Source: an uncultured Rickettsiales bacterium (GTDB taxonomy: Bacteria; Pseudomonadota; Alphaproteobacteria; Rs-D84). From it: a DNA stretch of 64,000 bases. Positions within the stretch are counted from its first letter, which is position 1; the number at the start of each line of letters is the position of its first letter. This document shows positions 1 through 10,405 of the stretch, piece after piece. The notes under the pieces were generated by a model. It worked only from the letters and a program-made list of their open reading frames with translations. It made no database searches and had not been told where the DNA came from. The DNA is taken from positions 78,411 through 142,410 of the forward strand of contig URBZ01000002.1 of assembly GCA_900546225.1 (NCBI GenBank), read 5' to 3'. The position numbers and the translations under genes are program-made.

Positions 1-963
1 ATTTTTCCACAATTCCCAACTGGCCCCGATGCCACTGGGCCGCGGTGCGGGCGTGTTGTTGTCGCCATACGTACTGTTTTCGGTAATAGAACCATTGGTG
101 ATAAATACCAAATCGTCCGGCGACAGATTGATTTTTTTCTTGCGACCGGCGTGCACTGTTTCAATGGACTTTGCAATCTTGTTCGATGCACCGGAATCAA
201 TGACTACATTGGTCACACGCGTATCATAGTGGAACTTTACGCCGCGCGCGGTCAGCCACCGAACCAATGGCGTAATCAGCGATTCATACTGGTTATATTT
301 TGTAAATTTCAATGCAGACATGTCCGCCAAACTGCCCACATGATGAATAAAGCGCAATATATAGCGACGCATTTCCATCGCACTGGACCACGGTTCAAAC
401 GCGAACATTGTCGCCCAATAAATCCAGAAATTAGATTCAAAAAATTCCGATGTAAATACTTGGTCAATACGGACGTCTTGCAATTTGTCTTCGGGCGTCA
501 TTGCCAAATCGACCATTTCGCGTATAGCGCGTGGTGTCAGTGTCAATTTACCATCAGTTGGAATTTGCTGGCCACGATTTTCAATTACACGTGTGTGCGA
601 AAAACTGGGGTCTTCTTTGTTCAGCCAATAAAATTCATCCAAAACAGATACATTTTCATCTTCGAGTGATGGAATAGACCGAAACAAATCCCACAGGGTT
701 TCAAAGTGTGCCTCCATTTCACGGCCACCGCGAATGATATAACCCAACTTTGGATTCTTGATGCCGTCCATACTGCCACCAGAAACGGACAATTCTTCCA
801 GAATTTGAATCTTTTTACCGGACATTTTTGCGTCGCGTATCATAAATACTGCCGCCGCCAATCCGGCCAATCCCCCACCAATAATGTATGCTGATTTTTT
901 ATCTGCACCGACGGGCTGGCGCGGGTCGGCAAATGCCTCGTAATTACCGTTACTGTAATACAT
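1..963 (-). CDS. ohyA: oleate hydratase (FAD-dependent fatty-acid hydratase, MCRA family), N-terminal 321 codons; 3' end lies beyond the window start
   Basis: My own reverse translation from ATG at 963 gives [38 protein letters not shown]..., the signature oleate hydratase N-terminus with an FAD GxGxxG fold. RBS AAGGGGA precedes the ATG. The six-frame track lists only spurious plus-strand ORFs here because the gene is truncated by the window edge. Confidence 0.8.
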   Translation of the reverse strand, partial: MYYSNGNYEAFADPRQPVGADKKSAYIIGGGLAGLAAAVFMIRDAKMSGKKIQILEELSVSGGSMDGIKNPKLGYIIRGGREMEAHFETLWDLFRSIPSLEDENVSVLDEFYWLNKEDPSFSHTRVIENRGQQIPTDGKLTLTPRAIREMVDLAMTPEDKLQDVRIDQVFTSEFFESNFWIYWATMFAFEPWSSAMEMRRYILRFIHHVGSLADMSALKFTKYNQYESLITPLVRWLTARGVKFHYDTRVTNVVIDSGASNKIAKSIETVHAGRKKKINLSPDDLVFITNGSITENSTYGDNNTPAPRPSGIGASWELWKN

Positions 964-1227
964 AATTTGTTTCCCCTTTGGTTGAAAAAAGTTATGTATC
1001 AATCATAACGCGCGGGGCAATACCGTTTAACAGGACAGTAATCCGCATCAGGTAAATATTTGACTAATGCCCATGGCGCGATTATAATTGTGGGTATGAA
1101 GCGAGTATTTATTGGATTTTTGTTGGTTGCGACATTGGCGACGGCGGCGTGCGGGGTAAAATCAGATCTGAGTCACCCTGACCCATCGTACCCCCGCAAT
1201 TACCCAGTGTATTAAAAAATCCCTTGT

Positions 1228-1312
1228 GCAGGTATGGCGAAACTGGTAGACGCGCTGGATTTAGGTTCCTGTGGGGTAACCCGTAAGAGTTCAAATCTCT
1301 TTACCTGCACCA
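1228..1312 (+). tRNA. tRNA-Leu (anticodon TAG), type II with long variable arm, CCA encoded
   Basis: Acceptor stem GCAGGTA/TACCTGC. Anticodon loop TTTAGGT. Variable stem-loop GGGG-TAA-CCC. T-arm AAGAG-TTCAAAT-CTCTT. 3' end ACCA. Confidence 0.8.
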
Positions 1313-1395
1313 ATATTTATAATAAATAAAAAACACTTGCTTTCTGGTAATTTTTAACATAAAATCGGCATCAGAATAATCAAAAGGTAATAAAC

Positions 1396-1575
1396 ATGGC
1401 ATCTAAAAAAGGCAGCAAGGAAGTTGTAAAGCTGGAAAACAAGGAAACCGGCTATTTCTATACAACAACCAAGAATACCAAGTCCGAAAATACGGCTGGC
1501 AAAATGAAATTCCGCAAGTATGACCCAAAATTGCGCAAGCACGTGGTCATGACCGAAGGCAAAATGCCTCACTAA
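1396..1575 (+). CDS. rpmG: 50S ribosomal protein L33
   Basis: 59 aa MASKKGSKEVVKLENKETGYFYTTTKNTKSENTAGKMKFRKYDPKLRKHVVMTEGK.., the canonical L33 pattern (GxFYTTTKN...KLxLxKYDPxxRKHV). Not in the ORF track (<60 aa); found by reading the sequence. Confidence 0.85.
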   Translation: MASKKGSKEVVKLENKETGYFYTTTKNTKSENTAGKMKFRKYDPKLRKHVVMTEGKMPH

Positions 1576-1580
1576 TAAAA

Positions 1581-1610
1581 CCGCCCCAAATGGGGCGTTT
1601 TTTTTAACAA
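1581..1610 (+). terminator. rho-independent terminator after rpmG (CCGCCCCAAATGGGGCGG + T8)
   Basis: GC hairpin followed by a T-run seen directly in the sequence. Confidence 0.6.
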
Positions 1611-1639
1611 ATGATTGATGAAGTTAAACAAATGATGTA

Positions 1640-1670
1640 AAAAACGCCCGTTTGGGCGTTTTTTTATTTT
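1640..1670. terminator. bidirectional terminator (AAAAACGCCCGTTTGGGCGTTTTTTT) serving the parC 3' end
   Basis: Symmetric hairpin flanked by an A-run and a T-run. Confidence 0.55.
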
Positions 1671-3895
1671 GTAAATTTACCGGTGCGGGGGAATCCCAAT
1701 GGTACGGTGCGCCCCTGTGACGCACGGCGACCCATCCATGGCGACCAATCGTCCAACTTGGTCGTGCCGCGCCCCGTTGTCCAACCGAACCCGTCCGCCG
1801 CGTTAAAGAACATAACGTCCAAAACATATGTGCGGTCGGCGTTATACTTTTGTAATATCACACCCTTGCCACGGGTCATTTCTGGGATTTCACTGGCGGG
1901 GAATATCAACAGTTTGTCGTTTGACCCCGACATCGCAATCGTATCGCCAGTTACCGGCACGCACATAATCGCAATGTTTGCGGCGTCTGTGTTCATAACC
2001 TGTTTGCCGTTCTTGGTCTGGGCCAAGCAATTTTCGCCCGACACAATGAATCCCGTGCCATGGCGCGCCACCAACAGGTACTTTGCCGACATGTCCAAAA
2101 CGAACGCGCGCACGATTGTTTCGTCCGCGGCGATGTCAGCCATCAAACGCACAGATTCGCCAAAACCACGTGCCGACGGCAATTCGTTTGCCGCCAATGT
2201 GAACATTTTGCCCGCAGATGTGAACAGGTTGATTTTGTCGGTTGACATCGCATGAAATGCGAATTGCAGTTCGTCGCCCTCTTTGAATTTCAAATCCAAA
2301 TTATTCAAATCCAGTGTGCCTTTGGCCGCACGAATCCATCCCATTGTGGACAAGATTATGGTCAATGGTTCTTTTTCAATAAATTCGTCGGCGTTGACCA
2401 CGATTTCTTCGGTCTGTTCCGCCCATGTGGTACGGCGACGACCCAATGCGGTCTTTTTATCATAACGCTTTTTAATATCGGTGAACCACGCCTTTAACTG
2501 GTCATTTTGCATTTGATCAGATGCCAGTAATTCCTGCAAATTCTTTTGTTCCGCCAATAATTCGGCATCTTCGCGACGGATTTCCATTTCTTCCAGTTTA
2601 CGCAAACTGCGCAGGCGGGTGTTCAGGATTGCCTCTACCTGAACCTCGCTCAACTTAAATTCCGACATCAAGACGGATTTCGCGTCATCTTCGGTTCTGA
2701 TGATTTCAATCACCCGATCCAAATTCAGGTACACAATCAGCAATCCGCCCAAGATTTCCAAGCGGCGCGTAATATTACCCAAACGCCAATTTGTACGACG
2801 AATTAAAACATTTTTCTGGTGCGCAATAAATTCACGCAAGACCGCACCAATGCCCATCACGCGCGGCGCGCCATTGGTATCGATGACGTTAAAGTTCATA
2901 TTGAACCGATATTCTAAATCGGTCATTGCAAACAGGTGCGCCATCATTTTGTCCAATGGGACATTACGGCTCTTTGGGGTGATAACAATACGAACATCGG
3001 TTGTGGATTCATCGACAATATCGTCAACCAATGGCAATTTGCGCGCATCAATCAGGCCGGCGATTTGCTCCACCAATTTGGATTTCAGCAAACCATACGG
3101 GATTTCGGTGATAACAACCTGCTCTGCGCCACGATCCAGTTTTTCAAATTCCCATTTTGCACGGATGCGGAATGCGCCACGGCCAGTTTCATAGTTTTTA
3201 ACGATTGTGTCAAAACTGTCAATCAAAACGCCGCCCGTTGGGAAATCAGGCCCGACCAGTTTCTTCATAATCTGGGCGGTGGTGGCGTCCGGCTTGTCAA
3301 TTACCAAGTTCAGGGCATCGCAAACCTCTGCCACATTGTGCGTCGGGATATTTGTTGCCATACCCACCGCGATACCCATACCGCCGTTGGCCAGCAAGTT
3401 TGGAAATGCCCCCGGCATAACCACGGGTTCAGACGTTGTGCCGTCAAAATTCGGCATCATATCAACGCTGTCTTCGTCAATCCCCTCCATAATCAGCATG
3501 GCGGCATCGGTCATTTTGGATTCGGTATAACGGTACGCCGCCTGGGGGTCACCATCGATATTACCAAAGTTACCCTGACCATCAATCAATGGATAGCGCA
3601 CCGAGAAATCCTGGGCCAAGCGCACCATTGCGTCATAGACCGAACTGTCCCCATGGGGATGATAATGACCCAGCACGTCGCCGACCACCGTCGCGCATTT
3701 ACGAAACGCCGCCGATGGCGACAATTTCTGGCGCAACATGGAATACAAGATGCGACGATGTACGGGCTTTAACCCATCGCGAACATCAGGCAGCGCGCGC
3801 GATACAATCGTGCTGACCGCGTATGACAAATACCGCTGTGACAGTGCGTCAGACAGTTGTTGTGATTCAATATTTTCGATTATTTCCTTGCTCAT
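1664..3895 (-). CDS. parC: DNA topoisomerase IV subunit A (GyrA/ParC family)
   Basis: 743 aa. N-terminal [12 protein letters not shown], the catalytic Tyr region [19 protein letters not shown] and the C-terminal beta-pinwheel. The length (743 vs about 850+ for GyrA) favours ParC. Confidence 0.75.
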   Translation of the reverse strand: MSKEIIENIESQQLSDALSQRYLSYAVSTIVSRALPDVRDGLKPVHRRILYSMLRQKLSPSAAFRKCATVVGDVLGHYHPHGDSSVYDAMVRLAQDFSVRYPLIDGQGNFGNIDGDPQAAYRYTESKMTDAAMLIMEGIDEDSVDMMPNFDGTTSEPVVMPGAFPNLLANGGMGIAVGMATNIPTHNVAEVCDALNLVIDKPDATTAQIMKKLVGPDFPTGGVLIDSFDTIVKNYETGRGAFRIRAKWEFEKLDRGAEQVVITEIPYGLLKSKLVEQIAGLIDARKLPLVDDIVDESTTDVRIVITPKSRNVPLDKMMAHLFAMTDLEYRFNMNFNVIDTNGAPRVMGIGAVLREFIAHQKNVLIRRTNWRLGNITRRLEILGGLLIVYLNLDRVIEIIRTEDDAKSVLMSEFKLSEVQVEAILNTRLRSLRKLEEMEIRREDAELLAEQKNLQELLASDQMQNDQLKAWFTDIKKRYDKKTALGRRRTTWAEQTEEIVVNADEFIEKEPLTIILSTMGWIRAAKGTLDLNNLDLKFKEGDELQFAFHAMSTDKINLFTSAGKMFTLAANELPSARGFGESVRLMADIAADETIVRAFVLDMSAKYLLVARHGTGFIVSGENCLAQTKNGKQVMNTDAANIAIMCVPVTGDTIAMSGSNDKLLIFPASEIPEMTRGKGVILQKYNADRTYVLDVMFFNAADGFGWTTGRGTTKLDDWSPWMGRRASQGRTVPLGFPRTGKFTK

Positions 3896-4240
3896 TTCCC
3901 CCGAAATTTAGAACATTTGAAAAAAAATAACAACAGAAAAAATCCTTTTTTTCAGGGGCAAATTAAAAATTCATTAAAAAATTTAATAATTTTTCAATTT
4001 TCCACTTGAATTTTCGTTATGCATAACTATTATATGTATATACAAACTTTGGTTCCCCGTATGGGGCGGGCTGCCGGTGAATAATTATGGCAAGTCGGGG
4101 CGGTTTGGTTTTCCAAATTGTCTGAATGTACATCGCGAAATTTTTGTATCGCGGTGAACCAATCAAAAACAAAAAACAATATCAACATACCATGACCGTA
4201 CGGTCTGGGTGTGTCTGTTTGATTGCAAAGGAGGTAAAAA

Positions 4241-5377
4241 ATGTCATTCAAAAAAATTGTTCCATATGTGCTGATTCCGGCGTCTGTTATTTTGGCGGGG
4301 CTGTCGCGCGCTAATAATTCTAGTGCCAGCGCACAAACAGCAACCGGCACGTATGCTATTGCGACAATGGATTCCGGTATTACGCCTTTTAATGCAATAA
4401 TTGATATTGCAAACCCAGAAATGAAATCGCAACTGGATCAGATGTCTTTGGATAAAAAGGCCGACGATTTGGTTGGTAAATATGTCGACAATATGTTGAC
4501 CGCACAGCAGAAATTGAAACCATTGCTGGGTACGACCAAATACCGCAGTGCGGTTCGCCAAGAATTACCAGGTGCGCCGGTTGGGTATCACTGTGTTTAT
4601 GGGCAATACACACAACTGAACCGCGCATTGCGCGATATGGGCGACACATTGACCATTGTGCCGACAGATGCCAGCCGCGCATGCATTGCGTTCAAATCCG
4701 AAATGCGCAAAAAATATGCCGCGCCAGAATATCAGAACGCCATTCACGAAGGGCAAATGTTCGAATCTGACAGTGCATATAACGTCGCGTTGGGCAAATA
4801 CATGACCCGTCGCAAGGTTGCGCAAAACGCGCCTGATTCCGTGCGCAATGCGGTTGCCGCACAGTTTGCGGCCAAGAATTTTTCCGCAGACGAACTGTCT
4901 GCTGGCACGATGCTGGTTGTGCCCCGCTATCGCGGCAGCAAGAACAAGTTCCATATGATTATGCTGTTGGGTCGCGGACGCATTGAAAATGGGAAATTTG
5001 TCCCAGATGAAAACGGTCGCTATATCTATACCGGTCACAACCGCGAAACAATCGGTGACCTGTTTGAAACATGGGACGCGTCGAATGTATTTGCCGCCGA
5101 CACACGTAAAATTGCACGTGCCCAATATGCCGCCGAATGGCAACGCATAGAGGCAATGCCTGATTCCGCATTGATTTCATTTTTGGAACGCAATGACACG
5201 ACGACTAAACCGTGCCCAGTTTATTCCAATATGCCACGTCCTGTGTTGTTGGATTTGGTACGCAGTCGCTATTTCAAAGAGCCCGCGCCCAAAAACATTC
5301 CAAACCAGAACAATGCGCTGGCATATGCGCCACAGCAAAACATTATGTTGCGTGAATTTGCCCAGCATACAATGTAA
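4241..5377 (+). CDS. secreted hypothetical protein (Sec signal peptide)
   Basis: Strong RBS AAGGAGGT. N-terminal MSFKKIVPYVLIPASVILAGLSRA signal. Hairpin terminator GCGCCCAAATGGGCG at 5385-5405. Confidence 0.55.
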   Translation: MSFKKIVPYVLIPASVILAGLSRANNSSASAQTATGTYAIATMDSGITPFNAIIDIANPEMKSQLDQMSLDKKADDLVGKYVDNMLTAQQKLKPLLGTTKYRSAVRQELPGAPVGYHCVYGQYTQLNRALRDMGDTLTIVPTDASRACIAFKSEMRKKYAAPEYQNAIHEGQMFESDSAYNVALGKYMTRRKVAQNAPDSVRNAVAAQFAAKNFSADELSAGTMLVVPRYRGSKNKFHMIMLLGRGRIENGKFVPDENGRYIYTGHNRETIGDLFETWDASNVFAADTRKIARAQYAAEWQRIEAMPDSALISFLERNDTTTKPCPVYSNMPRPVLLDLVRSRYFKEPAPKNIPNQNNALAYAPQQNIMLREFAQHTM

Positions 5378-5405
5378 AAAGAAACGCGCCCAAATGGGCG
5401 TGTTT

Positions 5406-5684
5406 TTATTGTGCAATTTTATGTTTAATTTCACGGATTCGTGCCAAGATTTCCTTTAAGTCCGCATCGGTTGCAGCAGGCGTTGGTCTGTTATGCACTT
5501 CGTCCGCCAGAACTATACACAATGTCGCCAACAGTGCGTTTTCAGGCAGTGGGCCGATTTTATCCAAAATCTCGCGCGCACGCATATCAACCATTTTACC
5601 CAATTCAATCAGGCGCGATTCTTGGCCATCTTCGCACCCCATGGGATAATTTTTGTTCACAATGGGTATTGAAACGACACTCAT
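5406..5684 (-). CDS. zapA: cell division protein ZapA-like
   Basis: 92 aa. The pattern SIPIVNKNYPMGCEDGQESRLIELGKMVD...LLATLCIVLADEV aligns with the ZapA core (I.I.GR.Y.L.C...Q..L...A..L....AL..A.E). ATGA overlap with the upstream coiled-coil gene. Confidence 0.5.
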   Translation of the reverse strand: MSVVSIPIVNKNYPMGCEDGQESRLIELGKMVDMRAREILDKIGPLPENALLATLCIVLADEVHNRPTPAATDADLKEILARIREIKHKIAQ

Positions 5685-5890
5685 TTTAACTTCTTTAATA
5701 TAGATACAGATTTATCAATCATTTGGACGGCACGGGCATTTTTATCGCGCAGGGTACGAACCTGTTCGGTTAAAATTGCAACCTCTAGATCCGTTTGTTT
5801 GCCGGCGGCGACGGCCGTTCCACGCAGGCGGGCGGCGGCCTCTTCCAATGCGTTTAATTCTTGAAAAATTTGCTGTTTTATGTCTGCCAT
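5681..5890 (-). CDS. small coiled-coil protein (ZapB/ZauP-like partner of ZapA)
   Basis: 69 aa heptad-rich sequence, translationally coupled to the putative zapA. Confidence 0.4.
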   Translation of the reverse strand: MADIKQQIFQELNALEEAAARLRGTAVAAGKQTDLEVAILTEQVRTLRDKNARAVQMIDKSVSILKKLK

Positions 5891-5971
5891 ACCCCCAGTG
5901 TAAGATATTTTTTATATGCGTTCAACACTAAAATGTGATATAATAGCCCTGTTTATTGGGGGACAGGTTTT

Positions 5972-7066
5972 ATGAAAACGAAAATAATCTATATTTCTGG
6001 CAGTGAAATCTTTGATATGGCCGATATTCGCGCCGCTTTTGAAGAGGTACGCGGTGCATTAGGTTTGGATTCTGACACGGTTTTGTTTGGTGTTCCGGTG
6101 GACAATGATAACGCATTGGGCGCAACCGATGATGCGCATGTGCAACCCGAAACGCCGGTCGCGGTGGACGTGGACGACGCCCCTGTTATGGAAATGGTCA
6201 CCCCAGAAGTTGTACCAGAACCTGTTATTGATATAGAACCCGCCCCAGAAATTGAACCTGAAAAACCCAAAAAGAAATCACGTGGTCGCCCCGCAAAGGT
6301 CGCCAAGGCCGCAGAAGTTACGACGGAGGCAGAAATTGTGGCAGGAGCCCCAACAGCCCCTGTGGCGGCAGAAACTGAATCCGAACCGGCCGCAGTGGCG
6401 GATGCGCCCGCGAATGTTAGTTCAATTCTGTCCGTGCTGACGTCAAAGTCGGTGGTCGAACCCGAACCAGTGGTTGCCGACGTAACAGAAAGCACGCCAG
6501 ACATCGACATTGCGGACACCGCCGAACCGGTTGATGTTGTTGCAGAAACCGTCACAGAAAGTGTTGTCGCCGAACCAGCCGTTGCCGATGCCGAACCCGT
6601 TATTACCGAAACCGACACGGTTCAGGTTGCAACAACCGACATTACCGACGAGGCCCCCGAAGAACCGATTGAAAAAACACTGGAACAGTTGTTGGAAAGC
6701 ATGACGCCACTGCGTGAAGATCATATGGACGAAGATGTGGCACAAAGCGCAGACGATGAATTTGATATGTCGCCCGCCCCTGTTGATACCGTTGATGTCC
6801 CATCGGACACCGATGACGACGACACGGACGCAACACTGGCCCAGTTGGCAACAGAATTTGCAGAAAATCAGGACAAAATACCAACACCAAAGAAAACCGA
6901 GGCACGTGGTAAAATCGGCAAACTGAAAAACATTTTGCCATTCAAAAAGGCAAAACGTGACGATACCGGACTGATGGGTGATTTGTTCGGGTGGGCGGGC
7001 ATTGCCGCAAATGATGACGATTTTGCTATGCCGGGGTTCTTTACAGGTGTTGCATCGAAAAAATAG
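5972..7066 (+). CDS. highly acidic low-complexity (P/E/V/D/T-rich) hypothetical protein
   Basis: 364 aa ORF, long and uninterrupted. The antisense ORFs in the same span are compositional artefacts. Confidence 0.5.
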   Translation: MKTKIIYISGSEIFDMADIRAAFEEVRGALGLDSDTVLFGVPVDNDNALGATDDAHVQPETPVAVDVDDAPVMEMVTPEVVPEPVIDIEPAPEIEPEKPKKKSRGRPAKVAKAAEVTTEAEIVAGAPTAPVAAETESEPAAVADAPANVSSILSVLTSKSVVEPEPVVADVTESTPDIDIADTAEPVDVVAETVTESVVAEPAVADAEPVITETDTVQVATTDITDEAPEEPIEKTLEQLLESMTPLREDHMDEDVAQSADDEFDMSPAPVDTVDVPSDTDDDDTDATLAQLATEFAENQDKIPTPKKTEARGKIGKLKNILPFKKAKRDDTGLMGDLFGWAGIAANDDDFAMPGFFTGVASKK

Positions 7067-7083
7067 GCAACGAATGAGCGCAC

Positions 7084-8334
7084 ATGGAAACCGCAACAAT
7101 TATTAGATTGCTGTCCAATGCCGGATTCCACGTTTTGGGGGCGGACGGGGCAAACCTGTACATCGAAGACCCGTCTTGCATTCTGCGCAGTTTTCAGACA
7201 TTCACCGAATATGCATGGATTATCATAACCTTTATCACAGGTATGTTGATTTTTGGCTGGGCCATATCAATGATACGCGGTGCAAAAAACAACATATTTA
7301 TGAACCTGCGTAATTTAACGATTATGTTTGGAACACTGGCCGCCGCCGGTGCAATACTGAATATGATATACGGCGGGGATTTATTTGCCCGCGGTTGCCG
7401 GACGGTTGCGGTAAATATTGACACGGTCAATGAAATGCTGGACATGCGCCAGAAAAAAATGTCGCCCCAGCAGACCGATTTGTACGAAAGCATTGATATA
7501 TACGATTCTGGTGTGGTGCGTGCGAATGTTGCAACGGACGACGATAACACAGATGATGCGCCGACCGGTAATGCGGTTATTGGTGATAAAATTGATATGC
7601 CAGATGACACCGACAACGTTTTTGAACCGATTTCACAACAATTATCAGACGAAGATAAAGAACGGTTACTTGATATTCTGGGGCGTGCGCCCAATGGCAC
7701 GATAACCGTACCACGCGACAAGATAAAAATTGATGATGGCGTGTTTGGCAAATTGCCGAATGGCGAATTACCGGTGGAAAATATGCCGTCTGTTGACATA
7801 CCACGCGACCGCCTGATACCACTGCCGTCCCAACGCGATCAGATACCAAATAATCCGTCCGTGCGTCACCCAGACAATCCGTCCGCCCAAGAATACACAT
7901 CGGCCACCGCCGCGGGGCGTGATGTTGTGTACACGACCGCCGATGGACGTCGCGTGCGTCGTACGGGTGGTACACGTGCATGGCGAAACCTGAACCCAGG
8001 AAATATTCGTTATTCTGAATTTTCGCGCAAGGCGGGCGCGATTGGTCAGGCGGGCGGATTCGCCGTATTTCCAGACGAAGAAACGGGTACACGTGCGGTT
8101 TCATCGCTGTTGCGCGGAAAATCATATAATAACCTGACCATTGCGCGTGCAATCACGCGATATGCACCACCGTCTGAAAACAATACCGCGGCGTATCACA
8201 GACGGATTCAACAGATTACAGGTCTGAACATCAATCGTCGCATCAGCGATTTAAGCGATGGCGAACTGTCCCGTGTGGTTGACGCAATTCGCGCGATTGA
8301 GGGCTGGGAAGCGGGCCGCATCATAGAGGAATAA
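7084..8334 (+). CDS. membrane protein, hypothetical (2-3 TM helices, then a soluble C-terminal domain)
   Basis: 416 aa; hydrophobic segments IIITFITGMLIFGWAISMI and IMFGTLAAAGAILNMIYGG. Confidence 0.5.
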   Translation: METATIIRLLSNAGFHVLGADGANLYIEDPSCILRSFQTFTEYAWIIITFITGMLIFGWAISMIRGAKNNIFMNLRNLTIMFGTLAAAGAILNMIYGGDLFARGCRTVAVNIDTVNEMLDMRQKKMSPQQTDLYESIDIYDSGVVRANVATDDDNTDDAPTGNAVIGDKIDMPDDTDNVFEPISQQLSDEDKERLLDILGRAPNGTITVPRDKIKIDDGVFGKLPNGELPVENMPSVDIPRDRLIPLPSQRDQIPNNPSVRHPDNPSAQEYTSATAAGRDVVYTTADGRRVRRTGGTRAWRNLNPGNIRYSEFSRKAGAIGQAGGFAVFPDEETGTRAVSSLLRGKSYNNLTIARAITRYAPPSENNTAAYHRRIQQITGLNINRRISDLSDGELSRVVDAIRAIEGWEAGRIIEE

Positions 8335-8337
8335 TTC

Positions 8338-8961
8338 ATGAACACACAACGTGGCAGTATCGGATTCAATATTATGTTCGCCATTATGCTGGTGGCGATT
8401 GGGGTTATGCTGTACATCTTATTGGGTGGGAAAAATCCATTTGTAACCAGTACCAACACCGTTGTGTCACCAGCCGCCATTGTGGACGAAACGACGCCAT
8501 CACGTGACGCAAACGGCGAATTTAACGATGGGTTGGGCACACCAGACGCCGCCACGGCGGGCGAACTGGACGAATATGGTGCGGGCATTGCCGCCATTGA
8601 TGTATTCAATCGCGACATAAATTCAGATGGCCGCATTGACCGCATAACCCGCACCCGCGTTGAAAACGGCACAGACCATTTCTATTATGAATATAAGCTG
8701 GAACTGAATACCCAGAACGGGTACATGGACATTACGCCAGATGGATTCCGCACAACCGAAGGGGCGGAATGCGCCCTGCGCAAATTGCGCTTTGTTTTTC
8801 GACCTGTGTTCAAGATTGATATTATTTCGCGCGAATGGGCGGACACGTGGCTAACCCCAACAATGGCGACAAAAACAACATACACGTTTCGTCATGGCGA
8901 ATTGAATGCATCTGACGCGACACAGATGCGCGTTGTATGTGATGTTGCGGATTTATTTTAA
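8338..8961 (+). CDS. membrane-anchored hypothetical protein
   Basis: 207 aa with an N-terminal TM helix (IMFAIMLVAIGVMLYILLGG). Starts 4 nt after the stop of the upstream gene, so an operon. Confidence 0.5.
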   Translation: MNTQRGSIGFNIMFAIMLVAIGVMLYILLGGKNPFVTSTNTVVSPAAIVDETTPSRDANGEFNDGLGTPDAATAGELDEYGAGIAAIDVFNRDINSDGRIDRITRTRVENGTDHFYYEYKLELNTQNGYMDITPDGFRTTEGAECALRKLRFVFRPVFKIDIISREWADTWLTPTMATKTTYTFRHGELNASDATQMRVVCDVADLF

Positions 8962-9622
8962 CAAAAACATATTACGTGCCGAATATACAATAGTTCCCGA
9001 CACAACAAAATGATCAAACAATTCTATTCCCGCCGCGGCCAATAAATCCCTGACCACGGTGGTGATTTCTATGTCTGCGGTTGAAAAAGATTTATTTGGT
9101 GTTGGGTGATTATGCACCAGAACAACACTGCGCGCATTCAGCACCAGCGCACGTTTCAGAATTTCACGTGGGTACACGACCGCTTCGTCATTTGTGCCAC
9201 AACTGTGCACGTCGTCCGCCAGCATACATAATTCAGAGCCCAGATAGAACACATGCATTTCTTCGGTTGTTTTGCCGGACAATATCGTGCGACAATAATT
9301 TGCAACCGCCGTCGCATCGCGAAAGATTGGCTGTTCGCTCAGTTTTTCGCGGTATAATCTGGTTTATTGATTTCAGGAAAATTGCGGTGTTACGCCCCAT
9401 ACCACGAAACGCAACCAATTTGTCCAATGGCGCGCTCAAGATTTGATGAACACCGCCAAACTGTGCCATCAGGCCGCGCGCCAACGGTCGCACATCGCGA
9501 CGCGGTATTGCATAGCCCAACAGCATTTCCAGCAATTCATAATCGGCCAATTTGCCGTCCAAGAATTTCTGGCGCAGGCGTTCGCGATGTCCCGTATGAA
9601 AATCAGTGTCCGAACCCGCCAT
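8953..9622 (-). pseudogene. radC: radC/yicR (JAB/MPN-domain protein), disrupted by a frameshift near 9356-9370
   Basis: N-terminal ORF (9233..9622): HTGHRERLRQKFL....FRGMGRNTAIFLKS. The C-terminal frame, read by hand upstream to the stop at 9364-9366, gives TRLYREKLSEQPIF...LVHNHPTPNKSFSTADIEIT...ELFDHFVV (JAB motif HNHP..S.D). The two halves are in frames offset by 1. Confidence 0.5.
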
Positions 9623-9638
9623 TGTTGTGCGCCCGCCC

Positions 9639-10400
9639 CTACATCATGCGTTCGGTGAAAATGGTAACGCCATCTTCGGTGATGCCCAACGTGTGTTCCC
9701 ACTGGGCGGACAGTCCACCATCAACCGTACGCGCCGTCCAACCGTCGGCATCAATTTTGCAATCGGGACGGCCCGTGTTTATCATCGGTTCAATCGTGAA
9801 CACCAAACCGGGTACCATCTTTACCTTGTCCCACATGGGGTCGTAAAAGTGATAGATTTGTGGGTCATCATGCATAACCTTGCCAATGCCATGGCCAACA
9901 AAATCGCGCGAGATTGAAAATCCGTGTGGTTTAACAACGGCCTCTATCGTTTTGCCGATTTCAGACAACGGCACACCTGGGGCGCAAACGGCGATGGCGG
10001 CGTTCAGCGCATCTTGACATGTTTGAACCAATTCACGCGCACGTGGCGTGACGTGGCCAATCATAAACATACGCGACATATCGCCATGAAACCCCTTGTA
10101 TTCCGCGGTCAGGTCGACGTTTACAATATCGCCATCTTTCAAAATACAATCATCACTGGGGATACCGTGTACAATAACATCATTGACCGATGTACAGATG
10201 CTTTTTGGATACCCTTCGTATCCCAAGTCAGATGAACGTGCGCCATTTGCGTGCAACCACGATGCAACCATACGGTCAATTTCACCGGTGGAAATACCCG
10301 CCTGAATATATGGTGTAATATAATCAAAACAACGCGCCACCAAATCGCCAGACGCACGCAGGCGTTTGAAATCTTTTGGTGCATAAACAGATGCTAACAT
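9639..10400 (-). CDS. map: type I methionine aminopeptidase
   Basis: 253 aa; VVHGIPSDDCILKDGDIVNVDLTAEYKGFHGD and other metal-ligand motifs. Confidence 0.85.
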   Translation of the reverse strand: MLASVYAPKDFKRLRASGDLVARCFDYITPYIQAGISTGEIDRMVASWLHANGARSSDLGYEGYPKSICTSVNDVIVHGIPSDDCILKDGDIVNVDLTAEYKGFHGDMSRMFMIGHVTPRARELVQTCQDALNAAIAVCAPGVPLSEIGKTIEAVVKPHGFSISRDFVGHGIGKVMHDDPQIYHFYDPMWDKVKMVPGLVFTIEPMINTGRPDCKIDADGWTARTVDGGLSAQWEHTLGITEDGVTIFTERMM

Positions 10401-10405
10401 TTTTC

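Noticed and set aside
29-894. Plus-strand ORFs 29..229, 151..669 and 706..894 from the six-frame track
   Set aside because: They are antisense to the well-supported oleate hydratase reading frame (minus strand, ATG at 963) and have Cys/Arg/His-rich composition typical of shadow ORFs.
1109-1294. 61-aa minus-strand ORF
   Set aside because: Overlaps tRNA-Leu (1228..1312) and the small plus-strand ORF; no RBS.
2936-3772. 278-aa plus-strand ORF, and other plus ORFs 1683..2255 and 2700..3194
   Set aside because: Antisense shadow ORFs inside parC. High Cys/His/Arg content and no motifs.
1664-3895. Calling this gene gyrA
   Set aside because: 743 aa is short for GyrA (usually above 820 aa) and no GyrA-box (QRRGGKG) was seen; ParC is more likely. 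The distinction is not certain from sequence reading alone.
5989-7099. Minus-strand ORFs 5989..6618 and 6443..7099 (Ser/Thr/Gly-rich)
   Set aside because: Antisense to the acidic low-complexity gene 5972..7066; a compositional mirror artefact.
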